Assembly: GCA_948524275.1 (NCBI GenBank)
Contig: CAOSLI010000002.1
Span: forward strand, 51,953-115,952
Reading direction: 5' to 3'
DNA from: an uncultured Clostridia bacterium
GTDB lineage: Bacteria; Bacillota; Clostridia; TANB77; CAG-508
DNA: 64,000 nucleotides
Part shown: positions 8,821-18,057 of the stretch, in pieces
Position numbering within the stretch: position 1 is the stretch's first letter
Layout of the letters: each line of letters begins with the position of its first letter
Program-made: the position numbers and the translations under genes
The notes under the pieces: model-generated
Told to the model about the DNA's origin: nothing
The model's database searches: none
What the model saw: only the letters and a program-made list of their open reading frames with translations

Positions 8821-10770
8821 TCATCTTCCCCGTCTGCTTAAATCAATTATATAACTAATTGCTTTTGAAAATTCATCTAGTACAACTGTCTTAATTGTAA
8901 TAGGTTTTCCATCAACATAATCATCAATAATTTGCTTTAATTTAACCATATTATCAACTTCTTCTATGATAACTTGTCTATTTTTATTGGCTCTTGTTAA
9001 TAATTTTTCCTTTATAATTACAACATCTTCGTTGCTTGCACAAGATAATCTCTGGAATATTTGATATGGGTCACTATACTTAAATATTGGTATATTCATG
9101 CACTCTTTATCAAATCTATCATAGAATGTTTCCATTTTCATAGGAATATTCTTGAATATCTCTTCTGCTTTTTCTTTATACATCTTATCCTTTAATTGCA
9201 TGTTAAGATCATTAAATCTATCTAAAACCTCATTTAAATCATATTCGCTGTCTTCTACATAAATTGCATCTAATTCTTCACTTGGATTCTCACAATAATC
9301 TGATGTTAGTGATGCAATGTTAAGCCCATTTAAAAAAATGCTTTTCAATGTTCCTTCATCATAAAGTATTAGGTCTTTCTTTACGAAATACATAAAATAT
9401 GCATACATTTTCACTGTATCAATTAGACTTAATTTTCCGTTTCTAACTGAATCTAGTACATCGCTAACAACTTTAGGGAATTCATCATCAGATATCTTCC
9501 AATATTCTTCTGTAAGAAGTCTCTTGTATCCTGGTAAGTTACTTGTATCTATGGTATTTATTATATCTTCCATATCACGTTTAAAAATTTTCATATCAAA
9601 AATTCTTGTACGTACGAATAACTCAATAAATTTAAAGAATCTATATTCTGCTTTAAAGTTATAATAATAGTTGTTGTCAAATTCCTTAATATAGAATTGT
9701 CTGTTATCCATAAATATCCTTGAAGATACAACGATTGACTTATATTCCTCATTATCTTTAACATTTATAAACTTATCCTTTGTAATCTTACCAGCTTTAA
9801 TTTCGAATGAAATAGCTATTGTAAATATAAGCATTGTTTGCAAAATTCTATTGTTAGTATTAGGATATGATTTGCTAACCATGTCAAATACCTTTTTAAA
9901 ATCTGCTAGTGCGTGTTTTAATATTCTAAGATTTCTCGTACCACTTCTTTCAAATGTTGATGTAATAAGCCCTGTATTCGATTTCAAGAATCTAATCAAA
10001 TCAGGATATCTCTCATATCTCATAAGTATTCCATTTATAATATATGTGAACTCTGGTTGATATTCAAATGTTTCACCAACTAATTTTTCCTTAATTCTTT
10101 CGTAGTCATTTGCTTTATCAAATACATCTTCTATTGTATCTTTGATTTTTTCAACCATTGGCTTATCTGTTGTAAGAAGCTTACTCTCTTTATCTAAAAG
10201 GTATGTTGCTATAAATGTTTTCATTTCTATGTTGTTGCTCTTAAGCTTGGTTGAAAGCTCTTTTTCATTACAGATAATAATTGTTTTTATATGGTCATGT
10301 TCAACAAAATTATTGATGTACCCTAAAATATCAATAACATCAACATTAGCCCTCTCCAAGTCATCAAAGCAAAGTACTTTGTCATCTGTTGAAAAGAAAT
10401 TGCCATAGTCAATCTTGTCTCCATTTTGTGTAACGCCAAAGAAGTTAGCCATATCTAGTCCAGTTTTTGCATACTCTGGTATTGTTGTTTGTCCATTAGA
10501 ATCCATGTATTTTTTTAGGTTTTTGTCCATCAATTGAGTTGTTTCAATAAATATCTTTTTGCTTATTTCTTCTAGGTTTGAAATTCCATAAAGTGACATG
10601 TAGATAGTCGTAAGTTCTTTCCCATTTACTTGCATAGACTCTATCTTATTTCTGATTTTATTATTCCAGAAGTATGTTTTACCACTCCCCCACTCACCAT
10701 TTATCATTATTGCGTAGTCTGTATAGTCTGATCTTATGTAGTCTAATATGCTCTCAACTAAATCATCCAT
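8821..10770 (-). CDS. KAP family P-loop NTPase
   Basis: N-terminal GEWGSGKTYFWN Walker A and a CFDDLER Walker B-like motif, typical KAP architecture. 649 aa. Confidence 0.75.
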   Translation of the reverse strand: MDDLVESILDYIRSDYTDYAIMINGEWGSGKTYFWNNKIRNKIESMQVNGKELTTIYMSLYGISNLEEISKKIFIETTQLMDKNLKKYMDSNGQTTIPEYAKTGLDMANFFGVTQNGDKIDYGNFFSTDDKVLCFDDLERANVDVIDILGYINNFVEHDHIKTIIICNEKELSTKLKSNNIEMKTFIATYLLDKESKLLTTDKPMVEKIKDTIEDVFDKANDYERIKEKLVGETFEYQPEFTYIINGILMRYERYPDLIRFLKSNTGLITSTFERSGTRNLRILKHALADFKKVFDMVSKSYPNTNNRILQTMLIFTIAISFEIKAGKITKDKFINVKDNEEYKSIVVSSRIFMDNRQFYIKEFDNNYYYNFKAEYRFFKFIELFVRTRIFDMKIFKRDMEDIINTIDTSNLPGYKRLLTEEYWKISDDEFPKVVSDVLDSVRNGKLSLIDTVKMYAYFMYFVKKDLILYDEGTLKSIFLNGLNIASLTSDYCENPSEELDAIYVEDSEYDLNEVLDRFNDLNMQLKDKMYKEKAEEIFKNIPMKMETFYDRFDKECMNIPIFKYSDPYQIFQRLSCASNEDVVIIKEKLLTRANKNRQVIIEEVDNMVKLKQIIDDYVDGKPITIKTVVLDEFSKAISYIIDLSRRGR

Positions 10771-10796
10771 TGCGTATTTTTCTCCTTCTTTGTTTT

Positions 10797-11447
10797 TTAA
10801 TCTATGTAATCTTTTGCAATTGCAAGAATGCCAACTTTAGATGCTCCCGCTTCAAGTAAAACTTTCTTGCATTCCTTTGATGTACTTCCAGTTGTATATA
10901 TATCATCAAATAAAACTATTCTCTTTTCTTTGATAAGATTAGCATTTTTCACTTCATATATCCCTTGAACATCTGTCTTTCTTTGTATTATTCCCTTTTC
11001 ACTTTGAGGATTTATATTTTTGTTCTTTGTTAAAACATTACTAAAACATTCTAGTCTTTTATTGCTCTTACTATTAACATCTTTTGTAATTTCTTTTGCT
11101 ATCAATTCTGCTTGATTATATCCTCTTTTATGTAGCCTTTTTTTATGAAGTGGAACTGGGATAATTATATCATAATCGTTTAAAAATTGGCAAACATTTT
11201 TATTATTTATTAAACATTTTTCTATCGTTTTATATAAGTAACTCATATTATTAAACTTATAATCTAATATTAGCTTTCGCACTACGTCCTCATAGCTATA
11301 TGCAAAAAATAAATCCTTATATTGCTTTTTTATTCCATACTTTTTTACATCCTCATAACATTTTTGGCAAATACTATCACCTATTTTTCCACATATACCA
11401 CACTTTTGTGGAAATATCAAATTTAAAACACATTCTAGAATCTTCAA
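10797..11447 (-). CDS. comFC: ComF family protein (competence ComFC; phosphoribosyltransferase domain with N-terminal Cys4 zinc finger)
   Basis: CGICGK...CQKC zinc finger, PRTase fold, and a C-terminal VLFDDIYTTGST PRPP-binding motif. Confidence 0.8.
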   Translation of the reverse strand: MKILECVLNLIFPQKCGICGKIGDSICQKCYEDVKKYGIKKQYKDLFFAYSYEDVVRKLILDYKFNNMSYLYKTIEKCLINNKNVCQFLNDYDIIIPVPLHKKRLHKRGYNQAELIAKEITKDVNSKSNKRLECFSNVLTKNKNINPQSEKGIIQRKTDVQGIYEVKNANLIKEKRIVLFDDIYTTGSTSKECKKVLLEAGASKVGILAIAKDYID

Positions 11448-11510
11448 AAATCATTCCTTTCTGTGCCCCCAATCTATTTTCAACCAAGGGCCCGTCCCCT
11501 TGGTTGACTT

Positions 11511-13703
11511 TTATAAATTCGTTAGCTTAAATTTAAGTCCTGTATTTCTCTTTTTAGTATTTACATTGTTAATCATAAAGTCAACAGTACTAGTGTTTCC
11601 TATCATAACTAATCTATTTTTAGCTCTGGTCATTCCTGTATATAAAAGATTTCTTGTAAGTAGCATTGGTGCTGCCTGCATTATTGGAAATATTACTTCA
11701 CCAAATTCACTTCCTTGTGATTTGTGTACTGTAATTGCATATGAGTGTTCAAGTTGTTCTAAATCAGAATATTCATAAAGTGCTATTTTCTCATCATCAA
11801 ATTTTATCTTAATCTTTCCCTCTTCTTTATCTATTTTCTCTATAATTCCCATTTCTCCATTAAATATTCCAGAACTTACTTCATCTTCTCTAATCCACAT
11901 GATATCATAATTATTCTTTGTTTGCATAACCTTGTCACCTTCTCTAAAAATGATATCTCCAAACTTTTTCTCTTGCTTATAATCATTTTCTGGATTGTAT
12001 CTTTCTTGGAGTAATTTGTTTAATACTTTTGTTCCAAGGTCTCCTTTTTTAGTTGGAGTAATTATTTGTGAATCCTTATTATACATATCAATGACCATTT
12101 CTTGCACCTTTATACTGCTTATTTCCGGGATAAAATCAAAATCATCAATGGTACCATCTTCTACTTCATTTCCTTCTTCTAAAAAATTAATTCCATCATT
12201 TACCTTGTGAGAATTTACAATTATTTTGCTTTTTGCGGCTTGTCTAAAAATTTTGTTTAGAGTAATATATGGTACCTTATCTGACTCAATGAAATCTTTC
12301 AAAATGCTTCCTGGTCCAACTGATGGAAGCTGATCTGTATCTCCTACTAAAATAAGTTTTGAACCTTTAAATACTGCTTTTAAAACATAATTCATTAGAA
12401 ACATATCAACCATTGAGACTTCATCTATGATAATTACATCTCCATCTATTGGTGTGACATCTAAATCTGGATTAGGCTTTTCATCACTAAATTTTCCTAT
12501 TTCTAATAATCTGTGCAATGTTTTGGATTCCTTGCCTGTTGCTTCTGTCATTCTTTTTGCAGCTCTACCTGTTGGCGCGCAAAGTACTGTTTTATTACCA
12601 ACAGAATCATATAGTTCTATTATAGTTTTTATAATAGTTGTTTTACCAGTTCCAGGTCCACCAGTTATGATACTTACATTGTTTTCATTTATAAGCTCTA
12701 TTGCTTCTTTTTGCTTATCAGACAAAGTAAGGTCACTTATACTTTTTATTTTGTTATGAATATTGTTAATTTTCTTTATATTTTCAGCTTGCTCTAAGCC
12801 AATTATTCTCTCCGCAATACTCTTCTCTGTTCTATAATATTCTGCTAAGTAAATCCAGTTCATGATACACATTTCAGTCTTACCATCTAAAGTTGCAATT
12901 TCTTCCCTTGCCTCTGTAATAATCTGCTCTCTTGCCCTTAACTCTTTTATTCCATCAATAACATCTTCTTCTGATATTCCTAAAAGTTCTGTTACAAATC
13001 TTATAAGGTTTTCTTCTAGCACACAACAATGTCCATTATATGAAGCTAAATTAAGTGCATGCTTTATTCCACTACCTATTCTCCTCAAGTTGTTTCTCTC
13101 GATTCCAATCTCCAATGCCATTTTATCAATTGCACTAAAATCAACCTTAACACCTAAATCATCTAAAATATAAGGGTCTTCTTCAATCTTATGTACTGTA
13201 TCCTTTCCAAGTTTCTTGTAGATACTCTGAGCACTGCCAGCACTAATTCCAAACTTCTCTAAGAAACCAACTATTTGCCATAATTCCCAATTTTCTATAA
13301 AACTTTCAGAAATTTCTTCTGCTTTTTGCTGTGTGATTCCTTTAATTTGTACTAATTGCTCTGGCTCATACTTTAAAATCTCAATTGTTGCCTCTCCAAA
13401 TTTCTTTACAATCTTTTTAGCTGTAGCTGGTCCTATGCCTTTTATAATTCCGTTTGCAAGGTATTTCTCAATTGCATCCAAGGTTTCTGGCATTATCTTT
13501 TCAAAAGTTTCAACCTTAAATTGCTCTCCATAATCTGGATGTGTAACTACTGTACCAATAACCTTAATATTATCTCCTTTGTCAACAAATGGCATATATC
13601 CTACAATTGTTGTCTCGACTTTACTTCCATATAGATTAGCAATTAGATAACCATTTGATTCGTTTTTATAAATTATGTCTGTTATTTCTCCCTTAAGTTC
13701 CAT
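11511..13703 (-). CDS. recD2: ATP-dependent RecD-like DNA helicase (RecD2/YrrC family)
   Basis: 730 aa with N-terminal HhH region, GGPGTGKTT Walker A, DEVSM Walker B and an SH3-like C-terminus. Confidence 0.88.
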   Translation of the reverse strand: MELKGEITDIIYKNESNGYLIANLYGSKVETTIVGYMPFVDKGDNIKVIGTVVTHPDYGEQFKVETFEKIMPETLDAIEKYLANGIIKGIGPATAKKIVKKFGEATIEILKYEPEQLVQIKGITQQKAEEISESFIENWELWQIVGFLEKFGISAGSAQSIYKKLGKDTVHKIEEDPYILDDLGVKVDFSAIDKMALEIGIERNNLRRIGSGIKHALNLASYNGHCCVLEENLIRFVTELLGISEEDVIDGIKELRAREQIITEAREEIATLDGKTEMCIMNWIYLAEYYRTEKSIAERIIGLEQAENIKKINNIHNKIKSISDLTLSDKQKEAIELINENNVSIITGGPGTGKTTIIKTIIELYDSVGNKTVLCAPTGRAAKRMTEATGKESKTLHRLLEIGKFSDEKPNPDLDVTPIDGDVIIIDEVSMVDMFLMNYVLKAVFKGSKLILVGDTDQLPSVGPGSILKDFIESDKVPYITLNKIFRQAAKSKIIVNSHKVNDGINFLEEGNEVEDGTIDDFDFIPEISSIKVQEMVIDMYNKDSQIITPTKKGDLGTKVLNKLLQERYNPENDYKQEKKFGDIIFREGDKVMQTKNNYDIMWIREDEVSSGIFNGEMGIIEKIDKEEGKIKIKFDDEKIALYEYSDLEQLEHSYAITVHKSQGSEFGEVIFPIMQAAPMLLTRNLLYTGMTRAKNRLVMIGNTSTVDFMINNVNTKKRNTGLKFKLTNL

Positions 13704-13934
13704 CTATCCTCTTTCACTGTGTTAGCATATTGCCAATATTTTTAACACAGAACATCTTATAGTTTTACTTTTGTATTATATAATATTTTACTATTATATT
13801 TCAACTTTTTTGCTTATTTTTTTAATTTTTTTGCTATTATTTGCGCTTCAAACATTGACATATTATGGAAATCAAATTATAATTAGAGCTATCCTTTCTT
13901 ACGAGGAAATCTCTAGGAAGGGAGGTGATGATAT

Positions 13935-14024
13935 ATGTATATTCTTTTGGCACTAAAGATAATGGCTGTTGTGATTGACCTCATAGTTATAGCACTAGAA
14001 TTTTACTTCAATCTACATAAATAG
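13935..14024 (+). CDS. small hydrophobic peptide (29 aa, MYILLALKIMAVVIDLIVIALEFYFNLHK), missed by the 60-aa ORF cutoff
   Basis: Perfect RBS GGAGGTGATGATATATG, its own hairpin terminator, and a paralog at 58746-58832. Confidence 0.55.
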   Translation: MYILLALKIMAVVIDLIVIALEFYFNLHK

Positions 14025-14030
14025 CGAAAG

Positions 14031-14068
14031 AAAAACCTGAGAGGCAATTCTCAGGTTTTTAATTTTTC
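14031..14068 (+). terminator. intrinsic terminator (AAACCTGAGAG-gcaatt-CTCAGGTTT followed by a T-run)
   Basis: Seen directly downstream of the 29-aa ORF. Confidence 0.7.
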
Positions 14069-14185
14069 TTTTCTATGCATATTCTTTTAGTTTATTTAAC
14101 TATAAAGTATTATAGCATAATACATTTTTATATGCAATACTTTTTCTATAATTTTCTAATTTATTTTTATAAAATATACTTGAAA

Positions 14186-14911
14186 TTACTCTGCTGTTTC
14201 TTCTCTCTTTTCTTCGCTTACTTCATTTCGTTCAACTGATAATTCATCTTCTAATTCATTTCCTTCTTTGTTAACTAACTCTAAACTTGCAATTGAAACC
14301 TCATATGCAACTCTAGGCTCTACTGTTCCATCTTCGTGTTTCTTTTCATACATTCTTGATTGAACTCTACCTATTATTTTTACTTCTGTTCCAACTTCCA
14401 TTTTAGAACAAAATCTTGCATTTCTTCCCCATGCTATACATGGTATATAGTCTGATTTATTATAAGCTCTATTTACTGCTAGAAGTATATCTGCAATCTC
14501 TCTTCCAAATGGAGTCTGTCTATATATAGGAGCTTTACATATATATCCTATTAATGTAACTTCATTTGAAACTAAATCTTTACTTGCTACAACTTCTTCA
14601 TCTTGATTTTCTAAAAATTCTATATCTTTAGCAAATACAGTTAATATTAATTTATTTTTTTCGTTTTCATAACTATTATATGATCTGAATTGTCCCTTTA
14701 CACTGATTTTTGCGTCTATTTTTAATTCGTCTTCTTTAAATAATCTTTCTGAAATTGTAATTGGTATTATATCTGCATTTCCGCTAAGTCTTGGTACACT
14801 TAGGTTAAAGCTATAAAATTTCTCGCCATATATTTCATGACTAAATTTCTTCTCCTCTGTAATTTTTCCTACTAATACTAAATTATTGTTCTCTAAAAAA
14901 TTTGTTTCCAA
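14186..14911 (-). CDS. SSB-like protein with two tandem OB folds and an acidic C-terminal tail
   Basis: Both halves follow the SSB pattern (V.L.G.I....F..NL.V.R.......I.....A.........G..V...G......Y). Acidic tail EDELSVERNEVSEEKREETAE lacks the terminal DIPF. Confidence 0.5.
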   Translation of the reverse strand: METNFLENNNLVLVGKITEEKKFSHEIYGEKFYSFNLSVPRLSGNADIIPITISERLFKEDELKIDAKISVKGQFRSYNSYENEKNKLILTVFAKDIEFLENQDEEVVASKDLVSNEVTLIGYICKAPIYRQTPFGREIADILLAVNRAYNKSDYIPCIAWGRNARFCSKMEVGTEVKIIGRVQSRMYEKKHEDGTVEPRVAYEVSIASLELVNKEGNELEDELSVERNEVSEEKREETAE

Positions 14912-15068
14912 TTTGTTTTCCTCCTTAAAATTTGTTCTTGTGTGTCTTTTTTAACTTAACCTATTCTTTATTATACTACACTTTTTCAGTTTTGTCTACA
15001 TAAAAAGTTAATTTTCTTTTATTTTTGTAATAATTTTGTAATAATTCCGTATTTTTACATTTAATATA

Positions 15069-15365
15069 TTATATATTATTGACACAATTGTTTTGATTTA
15101 TATCATTGTAAGTCTGTTCATTACAATTTATATTGTTAATAACTTGGTTAAGGCTCCTATTATTGCAACTTTCATTGTTAGTAATTTGATTTGTGCTTGT
15201 TGTATTTGCAGACGTCTCTAAAATCTCATTATTATTTGTTGTCATGGCAAAAGACATTACAAAAAGTAGAGCTACAGTTCCTAATGAAATTAAATAAGAT
15301 AGTATTTTTTCCTTGCTAAAAACCATAAACATAAAATAAAGCCTCCACAATAATATAATCTCCAA
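15069..15365 (-). CDS. hypothetical small membrane-anchored Asn/Thr-rich protein
   Basis: N-terminal hydrophobic segment followed by an N/T/Q-rich low-complexity region. The start is probably at an internal Met (MVFSKEK...). Confidence 0.35.
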   Translation of the reverse strand: MEIILLWRLYFMFMVFSKEKILSYLISLGTVALLFVMSFAMTTNNNEILETSANTTSTNQITNNESCNNRSLNQVINNINCNEQTYNDINQNNCVNNI

Positions 15366-15517
15366 CTAATCTATATTACAACTAAAGAAAAATTATTACT
15401 ATTTTTTATCTTATAAATAAAATTTAACTATATTTTTAATAGTTCACAATATAAAAAATCAAGTTAAATTACCTTAAAAATAAAGTAATCTAACTTGGTA
15501 TATAGAAATAATAATTA

Positions 15518-15655
15518 TTATAATATTCCCATTTTCTTAAACATCTTTTTTCCTTGCTTTAACATTTTATTATGTCCCATTGTACATTCAGCACATACCA
15601 TAGCTGCACCTGCAGTTATTACCATTCCTGTAATCATTCCTTTAACAAATTTCAT
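15518..15655 (-). CDS. small membrane peptide (45 aa, MKFVKGMITGMVITAGAAMVCAECTMGHNKMLKQGKKMFKKMGIL)
   Basis: RBS GGAGGT 7 nt upstream of the ATG. Hydrophobic core and basic C-terminus. Not in the ORF track because it is under 60 aa. Confidence 0.45.
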   Translation of the reverse strand: MKFVKGMITGMVITAGAAMVCAECTMGHNKMLKQGKKMFKKMGIL

Positions 15656-15676
15656 AATTATTACCTCCTAAAATTA

Positions 15677-16045
15677 TTATGTCTTTTTTATATATTTTCT
15701 ATACCAATAAATTGCTTCATATATTGCAATTAATAGCAAAAATACTCCAAATATTTTCTTTAATATTTTTGTTTCCATATTAACTGCGATATTAGATCCT
15801 ATAGCAGCTCCAAATATACCTGCAATTGTTAGTGGTATTGCGATTTTCCATCTTATGTTTTTATTTTTTATATTAACAATTGTTGCTGAAACTGAAGTTG
15901 GAATAAAGAAAATTATATTAGTCGATTGAGCTATCTTTTGATTTATATCCGAGAAACACGTAAGTATTGTAATAAGAATGCTTCCTCCGCCCATTCCCAT
16001 TCCACTTACAATTCCAGAAATAATCCCTATTAGAATATTTACCAT
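15677..16045 (-). CDS. sulfite exporter TauE/SafE family, C-terminal half-type subunit
   Basis: GMGGGSILITIL motif, 4 TM segments, ATGGTAA overlap with the upstream partner. Confidence 0.7.
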   Translation of the reverse strand: MVNILIGIISGIVSGMGMGGGSILITILTCFSDINQKIAQSTNIIFFIPTSVSATIVNIKNKNIRWKIAIPLTIAGIFGAAIGSNIAVNMETKILKKIFGVFLLLIAIYEAIYWYRKYIKKT

Positions 16046-16461
16046 TTATTAAATATTAGTATTGCGGCATATATTAGAAAAATTATAAATATTAAAACTA
16101 AATATTTATCTTGAATCTTTTTTAAAAGATTTGCTCCTATAATGCCACCTACTATGCCTCCTATTCCACAAAGTACACCCAATTTCCAGTTGATTTCGCC
16201 TGCCATTTTATAAAAAATCATACTTGTTAAAGTCATTGGCAATATACTAAAAAGTGCAATTGCTCGTGCTTCTTTTTCACCTGTATGTATTAAGTATACA
16301 AGACCTGGTACAGCAATTAAGCCCCCTCCTGAGCCAAATAATCCACTTAAGAACCCAGTAAAAATTCCTAAAATTATAATCTTCGCAGTTACCATTTTTT
16401 CTTTATTTGCAACCAAATTATCATTATTAATTGATTTATTTACTTTGTTTTCTCTTTTCAT
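16039..16461 (-). CDS. sulfite exporter TauE/SafE family, N-terminal half-type subunit
   Basis: GGGLIAVPGLVYL motif, 4 TM segments, translationally coupled to the 15677 gene. Confidence 0.7.
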   Translation of the reverse strand: MKRENKVNKSINNDNLVANKEKMVTAKIIILGIFTGFLSGLFGSGGGLIAVPGLVYLIHTGEKEARAIALFSILPMTLTSMIFYKMAGEINWKLGVLCGIGGIVGGIIGANLLKKIQDKYLVLIFIIFLIYAAILIFNKW

Positions 16462-16575
16462 ATATTTATTTTTTCACATTTTAATTATTTTATTCTAAAT
16501 TTATTGCAAACTAAATATCGTAATGCTATAATAAAGTAGAATTAATCTAAAGATAAGGAGAATGGAAAATAATAC

Positions 16576-16974
16576 ATGACAGTTTTAGCAATAATATTTA
16601 TTTTGTTAATTTTTATAATACTACTAATTTCGACGTCTTTCATCCAAATGCAAAATGCTGGCATTAAAGTTAAAGACTTTATGTCATTTATTAAGGCAAA
16701 TGAAGACTTAGATAGACTTTCTGTGTTTGCTAAGAAATATGACAAAATGTCTCCACAAGAACAACTCATATATTTGATGGAAGCAGAAAAAATGTTTGAT
16801 GCATTTGATAAAATTCCATCAAGTGTTTGGGAAGATGAACATGGTAAATATAACGAAGTTTTAGATACTTATAAAAATATAAAGGTAATGAGATGGAATG
16901 AAGCTCAGTCTTATGAGCTTTCTAAAAATATAAAAAGAATCAAGCCAAAAGAAATAAATATAGATAATGCATAA
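16576..16974 (+). CDS. hypothetical protein with N-terminal TM anchor
   Basis: ORF with one N-terminal TM helix. No conserved motifs recognised. Confidence 0.45.
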   Translation: MTVLAIIFILLIFIILLISTSFIQMQNAGIKVKDFMSFIKANEDLDRLSVFAKKYDKMSPQEQLIYLMEAEKMFDAFDKIPSSVWEDEHGKYNEVLDTYKNIKVMRWNEAQSYELSKNIKRIKPKEINIDNA

Positions 16975-17008
16975 AAGGAGGGGACTGTCGTCCCCTCCTT
17001 TCTTTGGA
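16974..17008. terminator. GC-rich bidirectional hairpin terminator (AGGAGGGGA-ctgtcg-TCCCCTCCT)
   Basis: 9-bp GC stem with a T-run on plus and an A-run upstream (T-run on minus). Confidence 0.7.
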
Positions 17009-17321
17009 GTTTAGTCCGCTGCACATGCAACTCGGACTCCTTCATCGTCGAATGTAGATATTCCGTTGTAGGCGTGATAGTGTAAATCTTTTTCCCAAAC
17101 ACGGACATCTTCAGCGTCAAATCTCTTTTTACTCACACAGCTGCCACCACAATGTCGATTCCAGTCTTAGCAATCATCCGTGCATAGTCAAGCGATAATG
17201 CCTGAGGTATTGCTGAACATGTCTTGTTAGCCAACCAAGCATCGCCGATGCTCTTTATAGCCATATCATACGCCTTTACCTTTTCAATGTACGCTGTCTT
17301 TCTCATGTTGTTTTCCTCCAT
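17004..17321 (-). pseudogene. frameshifted paralog of the 17515-17898 gene (62-aa ORF plus 42 codons in the -1 frame)
   Basis: The N-part (..DYARMIAKTGIDIVVAAV) aligns to copy 2 (..FEDAQMIAKQGRSVVIV). The C-part in another frame (..EKDLHYHAYNGISTFDDEGVRVACAAD*) aligns to copy 2's C-terminus. The promoter region is also duplicated. Confidence 0.5.
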
Positions 17322-17479
17322 AAATACTTAATTATTTTGAGTCTCGTCATGCGACCCTTACATATATTATAGCATTAAACGCGTGTTTTGTCAAATAATG
17401 CCTTTATGTTTTACATAATTTTATATTGTTTACTTCTTTTCATTTATCTTCTTTTGATTCAACATTATTAACATTGCAA

Positions 17480-17512
17480 AAGGGAGGACTGTTGCCCTCC
17501 CCCTGCTTTGGA
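17480..17512. terminator. GC-rich hairpin, paralogous to the 16974-17008 element
   Basis: AAAGGGAGGACTGTTGCCCTCCCCCTGCTTTGG is similar to the hairpin downstream of copy 1. Confidence 0.55.
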
Positions 17513-17514
17513 TT

Positions 17515-17898
17515 TTAGCTTGCGACTACAGTCGCATTCTCGATGGTATAATTAGTGTCTATTGTACCATTTTCGCTGATGCAGTGATCTTCGACAGTTA
17601 AACAGTCTCCGTCAACTAACGCGGTAAGAACTGTGTTCTTACCAAGATAAGTAACTCTTCCATTTCTCCTGTCAGTCCATGCCACTGTTGTAGTTGCGGA
17701 TTCGCTACCGTTATTTACAATTACAACAGATCGGCCCTGCTTTGCAATCATCTGCGCATCTTCAAATGACAGTAATCTATCTGTGGCAGTAATAAACAAC
17801 CCTATACGTTCTGCATCCTCGATGCACTGCATTACTTTGTTTAATGCCTCAGCCTGCATTCTCTCATCTGCTTCAATGTTTAATCTTGTTTTCTCCAT
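17515..17898 (-). CDS. hypothetical protein (127 aa), about 41 % GC, intact copy of a tandem pair
   Basis: Intact ORF with atypical GC content. The upstream about 100 bp is about 80 % identical to the region upstream of copy 1. Confidence 0.55.
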   Translation of the reverse strand: MEKTRLNIEADERMQAEALNKVMQCIEDAERIGLFITATDRLLSFEDAQMIAKQGRSVVIVNNGSESATTTVAWTDRRNGRVTYLGKNTVLTALVDGDCLTVEDHCISENGTIDTNYTIENATVVAS

Positions 17899-18057
17899 GG
17901 TGTATCCTCCAAAAATGTATTAGATTTTGAGTGCGTCATGCTACTCTTATAGTTTATTATAACATTCACTATAGTTTTTGTCAAATAATACCTAAACATT
18001 TTACATAAACTCTCTAAGTTTTTTTATTGGAGTTTAAAGAATAAGCCTTTACCTAAA

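Noticed and set aside
11511-13703. RecD/TraA-family helicase considered as the missing relaxase for the T4SS-like cluster.
   Set aside because: It has the RecD2/YrrC architecture (HhH N-domain plus helicase) with no MobA/MobL-type relaxase domain. It lies 20 kb away in a different gene context.
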